Source: Pseudonocardia sp. (lineage in GTDB: Bacteria; Actinomycetota; Actinomycetes; Mycobacteriales; Pseudonocardiaceae). Taken from it: a stretch of DNA of 62,806 bases. The stretch covers positions 1 to 62,806 of the forward strand of contig JAKDNL010000001.1 of NCBI GenBank assembly GCA_030451825.1, in the 5' to 3' direction. The translations under genes were made by a program, and so were the position numbers. Of the stretch, positions 37,724 to 47,895 are shown piece by piece. Position 1 is the stretch's first letter, and each line of letters begins with the position of its first letter. A model generated the notes under the pieces. It was not told where the DNA came from. It was given only the letters and a program-made list of their open reading frames with translations, and searched no databases.

Positions 37724-38686
37724 GTGCGCAGTACCCACGACGAGGTCGACGTCACCGTGGTGGTCACCCGGCGGATCGAGGCCGCCGACGGCGTCACCGT
37801 CATCGACCTCCGGGCGGCCGACGGTGCGCCGCTGCCGGTGTGGGAACCGGGCGCGCACATCGATCTGATGCTCACCCCGGAACTGGTCCGGCAGTACTCG
37901 CTCTGCGGCGACCCGGACGAGCCCGGCACGTGGCGGATCGGCGTCCTGCTCGAGGCGGACGGTCGCGGCGGATCGCGGTTCGTGCACGACAAGCTGCACA
38001 TCGGGGCCGAGGTCGTGGCGCGCGGCCCGCGCAACCACTTCGAGCTCGAACCCGCACCCCGCTACGTCTTCGTCGCCGGCGGCATCGGCATCACGCCGGT
38101 GGTACCGATGATCGGCCGGGCCGCGAGCGCCGGAGCGGAGTGGACGTTGCTCTACGGCGGCCGCACGACGTCGAGCATGGCGTTCCGGGACGAGTTGCGT
38201 CTGCTCGGAGGTGACCGGGTCAGCATCACTCCGCAGGACACCCATGGCCTGCTGGACCTGCCGTCGGTGCTCGCCGAGCCGCGCGAGGACACGCTGGTCT
38301 ACGTCTGCGGGCCGGAGCCGTTGCTCGACGCCGTCACCGAGCTGACGCGGTCCTGGCCGGTCGGCTCCCTGCACCTGGAACGGTTCACGCCCAAGACCCT
38401 CGACGAGCCGGCCGGCGAGCAGCCGTTCGAGGTCGAGCTCGCGCGGTCGGAGATAACGCTGATCGTCCCGCCGGGCCGATCGATCCTCGACGTCGCGACG
38501 GAGTCCGGCGTGGACGCACCGTCGTCCTGCGGCGAGGGCACGTGCGGGACATGCGAGACGGTGATCATCTCTGGTGCCGCGGACCATCGCGACTCCCTGC
38601 TCACGCCGGCGGAGCAGCAGGCGGGCGAGACGATGATGATCTGCGTCTCGAGGGCCGCCGGGCCAGGTCTCCTGCTCGACATGTGA
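37724..38686 (+). CDS. PDR/VanB-family FMN/[2Fe-2S] reductase
   Basis: WEPGAHID, RQYSLC, GRGGS, AGGIGITP, YVCGP, SCGEGTCGTC, MICVSR. Confidence 0.94.
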   Translation: MRSTHDEVDVTVVVTRRIEAADGVTVIDLRAADGAPLPVWEPGAHIDLMLTPELVRQYSLCGDPDEPGTWRIGVLLEADGRGGSRFVHDKLHIGAEVVARGPRNHFELEPAPRYVFVAGGIGITPVVPMIGRAASAGAEWTLLYGGRTTSSMAFRDELRLLGGDRVSITPQDTHGLLDLPSVLAEPREDTLVYVCGPEPLLDAVTELTRSWPVGSLHLERFTPKTLDEPAGEQPFEVELARSEITLIVPPGRSILDVATESGVDAPSSCGEGTCGTCETVIISGAADHRDSLLTPAEQQAGETMMICVSRAAGPGLLLDM

Positions 38687-38772
38687 GAGCACGCCCCGAA
38701 TCGCCCGAAACCCCTGACGACAGACGAGCACGGGTCGGTGTCACCATCACCGAGCCGGCATAAGGAGATGCG

Positions 38773-40299
38773 GTGGGAGCCCCCAGAGATCACGATCAGC
38801 GGCCCGGAGGCCAGGTCGTCGTCATCGGCGTCGGCCAGCTTCGCAACAACCGTGAGAAGGACCCGGCCAGGGCGCTGGAGCCTCTCGAGTTGATCCGGAG
38901 TGCGGTCGCCGGTGCTGCGGACGACGCCGGGATCCCGGTCTCCGCACTGTCGGCCGTCGACGCGGTCGGTGTCGTGCAGGTCGTCTCGTGGAGCTACGAC
39001 GACCTGGCCGGCTCTGTCGCTGCCGCGATCGGCGCGCCGGGGGCCACGACGTATGTGTCGGAGGCAGGCGGTCACCAGCCCGTCGCGGTACTCACCCGGC
39101 TGGCGGGTGCGATCGCCGCCGGCGAGTCCGAGCTCGCCGTCGTGTGCGGAGGCGAGGCCCAGTCCTCACTGGAGCTGCTCGGCGCGGCAAAGGAACCGGA
39201 GCGCGCCGAGGAGTGGAGCCACTCCCCCGGTGGCCCCGGCGAGTTCTCCCGCGCAACCGGCGGCACCGAGCGGATGTGGGACCTGGGCCTGGTCGGCCCG
39301 ATTCGGATCTACCCACTGTGGGAGAACCGGCTGCGGCACGACCTCGGCCAGAGTTTCGCCGAGTCGCAGGCCTGGTCGGCGTCGATGTACGCCGGGTTCA
39401 GCAAGGTCGCCGCCGCGAACGAGGCGGCGTGGAACCGGGAACCGGTCAGCGCGGACCAGGTCGCCGAGACCGGGCCGAAGAACCGGATGGTCTGCTACCC
39501 GTACCCGCTGCGGATGAACGCACTCAACCGTGTGGATCAGGGTGCGGCGCTGATCCTGGCCAGTCCCGCGGCCGCGGACCGGCTCGAGGTGGCGGAGGAC
39601 CGACGTGTCTACCTCTGGGCGGCCGCGCTCGACGAGGACTGCGAGGACGTCCTGGAACGCGACACCTACGGGGCTTCGCCTGGGCTCGAGCGCAGCCTGG
39701 ACGCTGCCCTCGAGCAGGCCGGGACGCCGGCCGACGGGCTAGATGTCGTCGACCTCTACAGCTGCTTCCCGGTCGTTCCGAAGCTCGGGGCGCTGCACCT
39801 GGGGCTGGACCGCGACGCCGCACTCTCCGCGACCGGTGGTCTGACCTCGTTCGGCGGGGCACACAACAACTACTCGGCGCACGCCCTGGTCGCGGTGGTC
39901 CGCAGGCTGCGGGAGTCGGGGGGCAGGGCCCTGGTGTACGCCAACGGCGAGTACCTCACCAAACACGCCACCGTGGTCCTGGGCCAGGAGCCCGCACCCG
40001 AGGGCTTCCGGTGGTCGGCGGCGACCGCGCCGGAACACGGCTCGGTGAGCGTCGACGACACCTACATCGGGCCGCTGGAGATCGAGACGTACACCGTCGA
40101 GTTCGACCGCGAGGGAGAACCGGCCCGCGGGTACGTCATCGGCCGATCCCCTCAGGGCGGCCGCACGGGAGTCCGGGTCTCCCGCTCGGACACCTCGACG
40201 CTCGACGCTCTCGTCGACCCCGGCGGCGACCCCGTCGGACGGACCGGATCGGTCGTGGCCGAGAACGACCGCAGGCTCTTCACCTTCGCGAAGGGCTGA
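38773..40299 (+). CDS. Thiolase-fold 'acetyl-CoA acetyltransferase-like' protein, non-canonical
   Basis: VIGVGQ, GGHQP, GGEA, VDQGAA, DLYSCFP, TGGLTSFGGAHNNY, ANGEYLTKH; C-terminal ETYTV domain. Confidence 0.85.
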   Translation: MGAPRDHDQRPGGQVVVIGVGQLRNNREKDPARALEPLELIRSAVAGAADDAGIPVSALSAVDAVGVVQVVSWSYDDLAGSVAAAIGAPGATTYVSEAGGHQPVAVLTRLAGAIAAGESELAVVCGGEAQSSLELLGAAKEPERAEEWSHSPGGPGEFSRATGGTERMWDLGLVGPIRIYPLWENRLRHDLGQSFAESQAWSASMYAGFSKVAAANEAAWNREPVSADQVAETGPKNRMVCYPYPLRMNALNRVDQGAALILASPAAADRLEVAEDRRVYLWAAALDEDCEDVLERDTYGASPGLERSLDAALEQAGTPADGLDVVDLYSCFPVVPKLGALHLGLDRDAALSATGGLTSFGGAHNNYSAHALVAVVRRLRESGGRALVYANGEYLTKHATVVLGQEPAPEGFRWSAATAPEHGSVSVDDTYIGPLEIETYTVEFDREGEPARGYVIGRSPQGGRTGVRVSRSDTSTLDALVDPGGDPVGRTGSVVAENDRRLFTFAKG

Positions 40300-40323
40300 C
40301 CGCCGCGCCCGGGCGCTCCCCGG

Positions 40324-41547
40324 TCAGCCGCGCGGGCGGACCGGGAGCGCGGAGAACCCGTTGTTGACCCCCACCAGCGCGTACCGGCGGACCCGCTCGT
40401 GGACGACGGCGAAGCCGGGCATCCGCGCGAGGAGAGCCTCCACGGCGACACGCAGCTCCATGTGCGCCAGCCAGATCCCCAGGCAGTAGTGGGTGCCGAC
40501 ACCGAACGACAGGTGCAGCCCGCCGCGGCGGTCCAACTGCACCTCGGTGGCGGCGGGGAACCGGTCCTCGTCGCGGTTGGCCGAGCAGATCAGCGCCGCC
40601 ACCCGGTCCCCGGCCCGGACCCGGGAGTCGCCGAAGTCCTGGTCGGTGACCGCGGTGCGCGCGACCAGCGGGGTGACGGCGGCGAGCCGCGTCAGCTCGC
40701 CGACGGCGTCCGGGATGAGTCCCGGCTCCTCGATCAGGCGCCGACGCAGGTCGGGATGGGTGTCGAGGTGCACGAGGATGTTGTCCATGGACGCGGCGGT
40801 AGTGCGGACGCCGCCCAGGATCATCGAGAGGGCGAGGTTGACCGTCTCGTCCTCGGTCAGGCCGGATGCCGGGTCGACCATCCGCGAGAGGAGGTCGTCG
40901 CGCGGCTCGGCGGCCCGGCGGCGCACGACCCCGCGCACCAGCTCCGACGCGTCGGCGAACTGGCGCGACGTCGACGAGGCGAGCGCGTCCCGGTCACCGC
41001 CGGCCTCGGGGTCGATCGCGAAGGCGTCCTCGAGCATGAGGATGAACTTCTCCGGGTCCTCGACCTCATCCAGCCCGACGAACTCGAAGATCGTCGCCAC
41101 CGTCAGGCGGAAGCTGTAGGCGTGGGCGAAGTCGAACTCGTCCTGCCCGACGAGGTCGGCGAGCAGGCGGTCGGCGACCCGGCGGGCGATCGGTGCGACG
41201 TTCTGCTCGATGTTGCGTTTGGCGAAGACCGAACGCAGTGGCGCGCGCAGCCGGTCGTGGGCCGGGCCGTCGAGGCTGCCGGGCAGGATGGCGGGTGCGT
41301 GCGGCGCCGTCGGGATGAGCTTGCCGCCGCGCAGCCCGTCGGCGCTCTTCTCGACGGTGAAGTTCTCCGTGTCGCTCAGGACGCGCCGGGCGTTCTCGTA
41401 GGTCGAGGCCACCCAGTACCCGCCGTGGGCTTGTGTGTACCCCATCGGACAGGCCGAGCGCAGCTGCGCGAATTTCTCGTCCGCGTCCTCCCCGAACTCC
41501 GGGAGGTGGTGGTCGAAGTCGATCGGTGGCCGTTCCGAGGTCGGCAT
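40324..41547 (-). CDS. Cytochrome P450 with atypical I-helix
   Basis: DFDHH N-terminus, HGGYWV, LGGVRTT, ELTR (ExxR), FGVGTHYCLG. Confidence 0.93.
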   Translation of the reverse strand: MPTSERPPIDFDHHLPEFGEDADEKFAQLRSACPMGYTQAHGGYWVASTYENARRVLSDTENFTVEKSADGLRGGKLIPTAPHAPAILPGSLDGPAHDRLRAPLRSVFAKRNIEQNVAPIARRVADRLLADLVGQDEFDFAHAYSFRLTVATIFEFVGLDEVEDPEKFILMLEDAFAIDPEAGGDRDALASSTSRQFADASELVRGVVRRRAAEPRDDLLSRMVDPASGLTEDETVNLALSMILGGVRTTAASMDNILVHLDTHPDLRRRLIEEPGLIPDAVGELTRLAAVTPLVARTAVTDQDFGDSRVRAGDRVAALICSANRDEDRFPAATEVQLDRRGGLHLSFGVGTHYCLGIWLAHMELRVAVEALLARMPGFAVVHERVRRYALVGVNNGFSALPVRPRG

Positions 41548-41569
41548 CGCGTCGTCCTTTCCGGCCGTG

Positions 41570-43870
41570 TCAGGCCGACATCAGGCTGACGGGGGCGGCG
41601 AGACGCACGACCCCTCCGTCCACGAGTGGCTCGAGGGCTGCGGCGTCGTAGCCGAGCTCGGTCAGCACCTCCCGGCTGTGCTCGCCCAGGTCCGGCACGC
41701 TCTCGCCCTCCGGTGCAGCTCCGAGGCTCCAGAATCCCGCGACCAGGTCGATCGTGCCGAATCCGCGGGTCCGCAGGCGACGGCTCAGACCCAGGTCTCG
41801 GTGCACCGGGGACTCCATGAACGCGTCGAGCTGGTCGAGGCCGACGGACGTGGCGGCGACGCCGGCGTCCTCCAGGGCCCTCAACGTCTCCCGCACCGAC
41901 CGCACGGAGAGTGCCTCCGCCGGTCGCTCGGCATCCGGACCGAGTAGCTCCCGGAAGGCGCGGGCCTGCTCCCGGTCGCCGGCGTCGACGAGGATCCAGC
42001 CGTCGCAGAGCTGGTAGAGGCGGTGCGTGTCGTCGAGGCCGGTCTGGTCGGCGGAGAGCACCGGGTAGGGGGTGACGGTGCGGGCGGGCAGTGCGACCGC
42101 CACCTCCGACGCCGCGTTGATGCCGACGGCGAGCAGGGACGTCGCGGCGTCACCCGGCGTCCCCGTGGTCGCGCGCCGGTGCAGCCCCAGTAGCGCGCCC
42201 AACGCGCCGGCCAGTCCTGCCTGCACGTCGAACACCGAGTTGCGCAGCCAGGTCGGGGTCCGGCCGACGCCGGCGTTGGCGTGCTCCCACCCGGTCATCG
42301 CCTGCGCGGTCGGGTCGTAGCCCGGGAACGTCGCCATCGGGCCGCGCGAACCGTAGGCGCTGACGTGGCTGAACACGATGTCGGGGTTGGTCGCCGCCAG
42401 ACCCGGCCCGTCGAGTCCCAGCCGCGCGGCCGGACCGAGGCGCATGTTGTGCAGGACGACGTCGCTGGAACGAACCAATCGCTCCAGCACTTCGCGGGCC
42501 TCGGGTGCCTTCAGGTCGATCGCCAGCGAGCGCTTGGCCCGATGGCAGCCCGCGAACTGGGTCAGCCCGCGGCCGCGGTCGCCGGCGAGCGGCTCGACCT
42601 TCACCACGTCGGCGCCGAGATCACCCAGGCACTGCGCGCCGAAGGGCCCGGCCACCACCGATCCGAAGTCGAGGACCCGCAGTCCCGCGAGTGGACGCGG
42701 GTCACCGGTCGGCGGGGACACGTACCCCGCGGGCTCGCGCGCCGTCCAGCCGGCCAGCACCTCGTCCACCGTGCTGGTACCGAGGACCGGCGCCGGCGCC
42801 GGGCCCCGTGCGGCCGGTGTGGTCGCGACCGGGGCGGCGGCCTGCACCGCCGGGCCGCTCACCGGGTCGTCGACCTCGACGACGTAGTCGTTGCCGAGCG
42901 CCTGCTCGTCGGTGAAGCACTCGCCGAGCTCGTGCACGAGCACGCACGGCACGTCGGCGTCGTTGAGGGCATCGAGCCACCACCGGCTCGAGCGCGCCCG
43001 GAACACCGCGTCCCAGGTCTCCCAGTTCTGCGGTGTCACCCCGACCTCGGAGAGATCGACGAGGTCGGCCAGAGCGAGCGCCTCCAGCACCGGCGGCGAC
43101 TCGATCCATCCGCCGACCGCGCCGGCGAGCTGGACGTAGCGGCCGTCGGAGCACCCGAAGATGCTCAGGGCGGCGTCGGGCCAGATCTTCGGCAGCGTGT
43201 GCCGGGTCAGCGACGGGGGCAGGCGCTCCCACCGCTGCCAGTACAGCGCGGCCGGCGCGAGACCGCCCTGGAAGACGCTGGTGGCGACGGGCAGGACCAC
43301 GCCGTGCCGGGCCCGCTGGACCAGCCGCGCGACGATCCCGGTGGCGAGCACGTAGCCGGCACACCAGCTCGGGAACGGCATCCGGATGTAGACCGGGCCG
43401 TCGCGGTGGCCCTGTTGCTCGTCCATGAAACCCTGCGCGGCCTGCACCATGGCGTCGGAGGCACCGAGGTCCTGGAGGGGGTGTCCGGCCGGGTAGGACG
43501 GCACCGTCGCGACCAGCACGTCGGGCAGGCGCGTCGCGACCGAGCCGGGGTCGAGCCCGAGCGCGCGGGCCCGCGCGTGGGGAAGGTCGTGGGCCAGCAC
43601 GTCGGCTCGTCCCAGGAGGTTCTCCAGGGCGTCGCGGCCGTCCTGCGTGTCGAGGTCGAGGATCACCGAACGCTTGCTGCGGTTCCAGGTGGCGAACCCC
43701 GCGGGCCGCTCGTCCCGTGTCGGGTCGCCCCCGGATGGCTCGACCTTGACCACGTCCGCACCGGCCTCGGCCAGCACGCGGGTGGCGAACGGGCCGGCCA
43801 GGCCGGTCGTCAGGTCGACGACGCGGACGCCGGCGAGAGGCAGGGCCGCGACCTCGGCGGGAGCCGTCAC
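41570..43870 (-). CDS. Family III CoA-transferase, tandem two-domain CaiB/BaiF
   Basis: Two repeats of PLAGxRVxD...AGPF...GADVVKVEP..GD; GTG start at 43870 overlapping the ligase stop. Confidence 0.9.
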   Translation of the reverse strand: MTAPAEVAALPLAGVRVVDLTTGLAGPFATRVLAEAGADVVKVEPSGGDPTRDERPAGFATWNRSKRSVILDLDTQDGRDALENLLGRADVLAHDLPHARARALGLDPGSVATRLPDVLVATVPSYPAGHPLQDLGASDAMVQAAQGFMDEQQGHRDGPVYIRMPFPSWCAGYVLATGIVARLVQRARHGVVLPVATSVFQGGLAPAALYWQRWERLPPSLTRHTLPKIWPDAALSIFGCSDGRYVQLAGAVGGWIESPPVLEALALADLVDLSEVGVTPQNWETWDAVFRARSSRWWLDALNDADVPCVLVHELGECFTDEQALGNDYVVEVDDPVSGPAVQAAAPVATTPAARGPAPAPVLGTSTVDEVLAGWTAREPAGYVSPPTGDPRPLAGLRVLDFGSVVAGPFGAQCLGDLGADVVKVEPLAGDRGRGLTQFAGCHRAKRSLAIDLKAPEAREVLERLVRSSDVVLHNMRLGPAARLGLDGPGLAATNPDIVFSHVSAYGSRGPMATFPGYDPTAQAMTGWEHANAGVGRTPTWLRNSVFDVQAGLAGALGALLGLHRRATTGTPGDAATSLLAVGINAASEVAVALPARTVTPYPVLSADQTGLDDTHRLYQLCDGWILVDAGDREQARAFRELLGPDAERPAEALSVRSVRETLRALEDAGVAATSVGLDQLDAFMESPVHRDLGLSRRLRTRGFGTIDLVAGFWSLGAAPEGESVPDLGEHSREVLTELGYDAAALEPLVDGGVVRLAAPVSLMSA

Positions 43871-45531
43871 GCCGGCCGCCCACCGGTGGAAGCGGCGGAG
43901 TCGATCTCGGCCAGTGCCGTGCGGGCCCAGTCGTAGTCGGCCTTGCCGTTCTCGTGGCGTCGGATCGCGGGCACGTACGCGAGCGCCTTCGGCAGCTTGT
44001 ACCCGGCGAGCCGGTCCGCGCACCGCGCCCGGACGTCGTCCCGGGTGAGCTCGGCGCCCGTCGCGACGAGGAGCGCGACGACCTCGTTGCCCCACCGTTC
44101 GCTCGGTCGGCCGAGGACCAGGGCGTCGTCGATCTCGGGCAGGGACCGCAGCACGTTCTCGACCTCCTCGCCGTAGACCTTCTCGCCACCGGAGTTGATC
44201 ACGGTCGACTCGCGGCCGAGGAAACGGATCTCCCCGGAGTCGTCGACGCTCGCCCGGTCGCCCGAGACCGAGACGCGGCGACCCTCGACGACCCGGAAGG
44301 TCGCGGCGGTCCGATCCTCGTCGTTGAGGTAGCCACGCGGCAGCTCGCCGGAGTTCGACAGCCATCCGGTCCCGGGCTTGTCCGCTCCCAGCAGCGACGT
44401 GTGGTCGTCGCTGACGACGTAGGTGGTCGGTCCGGCCCGGAAGCCGGTCTGGGTGCTGCTGGTCTGCAGTGCCTGCGGACCGGTCTCGGACGAGCCGAGC
44501 GTGTTGACCAGCGTGAGTCCCGGGAAGAAGTGGTCGAGCTCCGACCACGCCGACGGGGACAGCGACGCGCCGCTGGAGAACACGTAGGACATCCTCGTCG
44601 GCGGCTCGGCACCAGCACCCAGCGCCCGCAGCAGCGGCTGTGCGAACGGGTCACCGATGATCGCCATCCACGTGACCTTCTCGGCGCGGCACAGGGCCAG
44701 CGCACGGTCGGCGTCGAAGCTGGTGTCCTCGCCGAGCACGAGCGTGCCGCCACGCGACCACGCCCCGTAGGAGAACCAGGCCGCGGCGCCGTGCATCAGC
44801 GGCGGGGCGGGGAAGGCGCGGAGCCAGCCCCGCCGGGGCGCGTCACGGCCGGCGGCCTCCAGGGACTCGACCCTGATACCGGTGGGGCTGCCGGCCAGCT
44901 CGCGCAGCCGCCAGATCACGCCCTTGGGCATGCCGGTGGTGCCCCCGGTGTATAGCACGTGCACGTCGTCGGGCGACGGGACCACCGGCTCGACCGGAGG
45001 CGTCGCGGCCGCGAGAGCCTCCTCGTAGGGCACCGAGCCGGGGAGCGGTTCGACGCCGGAGGCGTCCTCGACGTGAACGAGGGCCGGCCGGAGGTCCGGC
45101 ACCAGAGCCAGCGCCTCGGCCAGCACCGGGCCGAACTCCCGGTGGTGGATCACCGCAGACGGCCGGGCGTCGCGCAGCAGGTACGCGAGCTCGTCGGCCC
45201 GGTAGCGGTGGTTGACGTTGAACGGCGCGCACCGGGCCCGGTAGCTGCCGATACTGCCCTCGAGGTACTCCGGGCTGTTGCGCAGCAGCAGCCCCACCAG
45301 ATCATTGGGCGAGCGCCACTCCTGCGTCACCCCTGGCCGCACCCCGTAGCCGTGCCCCGCCAGGAACCAGCCCAGCCGCGTCGTCCGGTCCTGCACCTGT
45401 GCCCAGGTGAGCCGGCGCTCCCCCTGGACGATGCACTCACGCTCGGGTACGGCGTCGGCGACGGCGTCCCAGAGCTGGAGCAGACCGAACGGCCTGTCGT
45501 CGTCGGCCGCGGCGGTGTCGCGCTGGGTCAT
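43867..45531 (-). CDS. Acyl-CoA synthetase (FadD19-like)
   Basis: FNVNHRY, LYTGGTTGMPKGVIW, PPLMHGAA, GSSETG, INSGGEKVYGEEVE, GKADY. Confidence 0.92.
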   Translation of the reverse strand: MTQRDTAAADDDRPFGLLQLWDAVADAVPERECIVQGERRLTWAQVQDRTTRLGWFLAGHGYGVRPGVTQEWRSPNDLVGLLLRNSPEYLEGSIGSYRARCAPFNVNHRYRADELAYLLRDARPSAVIHHREFGPVLAEALALVPDLRPALVHVEDASGVEPLPGSVPYEEALAAATPPVEPVVPSPDDVHVLYTGGTTGMPKGVIWRLRELAGSPTGIRVESLEAAGRDAPRRGWLRAFPAPPLMHGAAAWFSYGAWSRGGTLVLGEDTSFDADRALALCRAEKVTWMAIIGDPFAQPLLRALGAGAEPPTRMSYVFSSGASLSPSAWSELDHFFPGLTLVNTLGSSETGPQALQTSSTQTGFRAGPTTYVVSDDHTSLLGADKPGTGWLSNSGELPRGYLNDEDRTAATFRVVEGRRVSVSGDRASVDDSGEIRFLGRESTVINSGGEKVYGEEVENVLRSLPEIDDALVLGRPSERWGNEVVALLVATGAELTRDDVRARCADRLAGYKLPKALAYVPAIRRHENGKADYDWARTALAEIDSAASTGGRPA

Positions 45532-45557
45532 CTGTTCCTCTCCGCGATGAGGGCAGC

Positions 45558-46787
45558 TCAGGACACGGGCTGCGGGTCGAACGCGATCCGCACGTTCTCG
45601 ATGGCCCACGTCAGACCGAGGTTCTCCTTGGGCGTGCACCCGTCCTGGAGCCGGAACGCGGGGATGCGCCGGTGCAGCTCCTCGAAGGCGACTGTCAGCT
45701 CGAGGCGGGCGAGGTGCACCCCGACGCACCGGTGAGCGCCGAGACTGAAGCTCAGGTGCGGCTTGGCATCCCGGTCGAACTTCACCTCGTCGGGCTCCGG
45801 GTAGTACTTGGGGTCGCGGTTGGCGGCCGCGAGCGGGCAGAACACGCGCTCGCCCTCGGGCAGCTCCAGGTCCCCCACCGTCGCCGACTCCTGGGCGACG
45901 TTGCGCGTCGGCATCGCCGGCGAGGTCCAGCGCACCAGCTCCTCGATGGCCGGTGCGAGCGCGTCGGGCGTGGCGAACATGGCCTCCCACAGGTCCTGGT
46001 GATCGGCCAGGTAGGCCATGCTCTGCCCGATCACGCTCTGCACCGTGTCCAGGCCGGCCATCATCATCAGGATGAACAGGTCGGACAGGTCGCTGTCGGA
46101 GATCTTCTGCCCGTCGAAGTCCGCGTTCACGATCGTCGTGGTGATGTCCTCACGCGGGTTCGCGCGACGGTCCTCGACGATGCCCTGGATGTAGGCGCGC
46201 GACTCCTCGCTGGCCTTGATCCGCACGGCCAGCGTCTCCTCCTCGGTGCCGCCCGGCACACCGTGAAGGAACGCCTCGACCCACTCGTTCATCCGGTCGG
46301 CGTCCTCGAGCGGCCAGCCCATGATCGACAGGAACACCGTGCCGGGGAACGGGAACGCGAACTGCGGGATCACGTCGCATGCCCCGGACCCGACGAAGGC
46401 GTCGACCAGGCCGACGGCGACCTCGCGGATCTGCTCCTCCATCTGCCCGACCCGGGCCGGGGAGAACAACGGGTCGAGCAGCTTGCGGTACTGGGCGTGG
46501 ACCGGCCCGTCGAGCTCGATCGGGATCTGGGCCTTCTGCCCGAAGGCGACCTTCCCGTCCGGGATGTTGGGGAAGCTGACGAACCCACGGTTGTTGCGGC
46601 GCAGGACGCTGCTGATGTCGTCGTAGGTCGTCGCGACCCAGAAGCCGCCCTTCTCGGAGAACGAGACCGGGCACTTCTCCCGCCGGTCGGCGATGTCGTC
46701 GAGCTGGTCCTGGATAGTGCCGCTCGGGTAGACCTCGTAGTCCCGGCGGCGCTCGTCCTTGAGCTCCGCGAGTGTCTTGTCGGTCAT
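45558..46787 (-). CDS. Cytochrome P450
   Basis: GGFWV, PIELDGPVH, MAGLDTV, EELVR, FSLGAHRCVG. Confidence 0.95.
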   Translation of the reverse strand: MTDKTLAELKDERRRDYEVYPSGTIQDQLDDIADRREKCPVSFSEKGGFWVATTYDDISSVLRRNNRGFVSFPNIPDGKVAFGQKAQIPIELDGPVHAQYRKLLDPLFSPARVGQMEEQIREVAVGLVDAFVGSGACDVIPQFAFPFPGTVFLSIMGWPLEDADRMNEWVEAFLHGVPGGTEEETLAVRIKASEESRAYIQGIVEDRRANPREDITTTIVNADFDGQKISDSDLSDLFILMMMAGLDTVQSVIGQSMAYLADHQDLWEAMFATPDALAPAIEELVRWTSPAMPTRNVAQESATVGDLELPEGERVFCPLAAANRDPKYYPEPDEVKFDRDAKPHLSFSLGAHRCVGVHLARLELTVAFEELHRRIPAFRLQDGCTPKENLGLTWAIENVRIAFDPQPVS

Positions 46788-47011
46788 GACGGACTTCCCT
46801 TCCCGGCAGTGGTGGCGAGGGCGATGGCCCCTTCGGGGCACGCGTTGACGATCGAGTTCGGATCACGGGTCGGCTCGCCGGCGACCGTGTCCCGCACGAT
46901 CGCGTAGCCCATGTCGTCGGCGTCGAACGACTCCGGCGCCAGTGCGTAGCAGCGGCCGTGACCGGCGCACAGCTCGGAGTCGAGCGTGAACGGTGGCGGC
47001 TGGTCGCTCAT
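46784..47011 (-). CDS. [3Fe-4S] ferredoxin, CxxHxxC type
   Basis: CAGHGRCYALAPESF...CPEGAI, 75 aa; ATGA overlaps on both sides; sits at the 3' end of track ORF 46784..47569. Confidence 0.92.
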   Translation of the reverse strand: MSDQPPPFTLDSELCAGHGRCYALAPESFDADDMGYAIVRDTVAGEPTRDPNSIVNACPEGAIALATTAGKGSPS

Positions 47012-47895
47012 CCGTTGAAGTCGCCCTTGCGGGCGTTGTCGTTGAGGTTCTCCCGCCAGTCGTCCCCGAACGGGATCGCCACGGTGGCCAGGGTGCCGCC
47101 GTCGGTGGTGGGCAGGCAGACACCGGACATGTACATCGACTCGTCCGAGGCCAGGAACAGCGCAGGGTAGGCGTTGTCGAGGATGCGTGGCGGGCGGGGC
47201 AGCTTGAGCGGGATCGGCGAGTGCTCGGGGACCCACGTTCCCGCCATCTCCTCGTGCGACTTCTCCAGAACCGGGGCGTCGCCGGGGAGGATGAAGTTGG
47301 CCGATCCCCCGTGCGTCGGGCAGATCGCGTTGATGCGGATGCCGTAGCGGCCGATCTCCCAGGCCGCACAGATGCGCACCATCGCGTTGATGCCGCCCTT
47401 GGCCGCACCGTACTGCGGGAAGCCCGGGTAGCCGACCAGCGACGCGGCCGACGACGTGCAGATGATCGAGCTTCCCGCCGGACCGTCCGGGTTGTTCTTC
47501 ATGGCCCGCACGGCGTGCTTCACGGCGAAGAACACACCCTTGAGGACGACGTCGTTGGTCTCGTCCCACTCGGCCTCGCTGATGTCCTCGAACGCCGTCA
47601 GCCCGAATCCCTTGGCCGGGATGCCGGCGTTGGCGAACATCACGTCGAGCTTGCCGTAGGTGTCGACGGCGGCCGCAACGGCGGCCTCGACCTCGGCCTC
47701 GACCGTCACGTCGGCCTTGACCGCGATCGCCTCACCGCCGTCGCCGTGCACCAGGTCGAGCGTCTGCTTCGCCCGATCCTCGGAGACGTCGGTGACGACG
47801 ACCCTGGCGCCCTCCTGGGCGAAGAGACGAGAGGCGGCGCGCCCCAGACCGGACCCTGCGCCGGTGATCACCACGACCTTGTTTGCCAAACGCAT
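47008..47895 (-). CDS. SDR-family oxidoreductase
   Basis: TGAGSGLG, FANAG, YGAAK, IRINAICP; AGGAGG RBS. Confidence 0.92.
   Translation of the reverse strand: MRLANKVVVITGAGSGLGRAASRLFAQEGARVVVTDVSEDRAKQTLDLVHGDGGEAIAVKADVTVEAEVEAAVAAAVDTYGKLDVMFANAGIPAKGFGLTAFEDISEAEWDETNDVVLKGVFFAVKHAVRAMKNNPDGPAGSSIICTSSAASLVGYPGFPQYGAAKGGINAMVRICAAWEIGRYGIRINAICPTHGGSANFILPGDAPVLEKSHEEMAGTWVPEHSPIPLKLPRPPRILDNAYPALFLASDESMYMSGVCLPTTDGGTLATVAIPFGDDWRENLNDNARKGDFNG

Noticed and set aside
41570-44548. 992-aa ORF suggesting a large N-terminal domain on the CoA-transferase
   Set aside because: The upstream part is an off-frame read of the ligase gene; the real start is the GTG at 43870.
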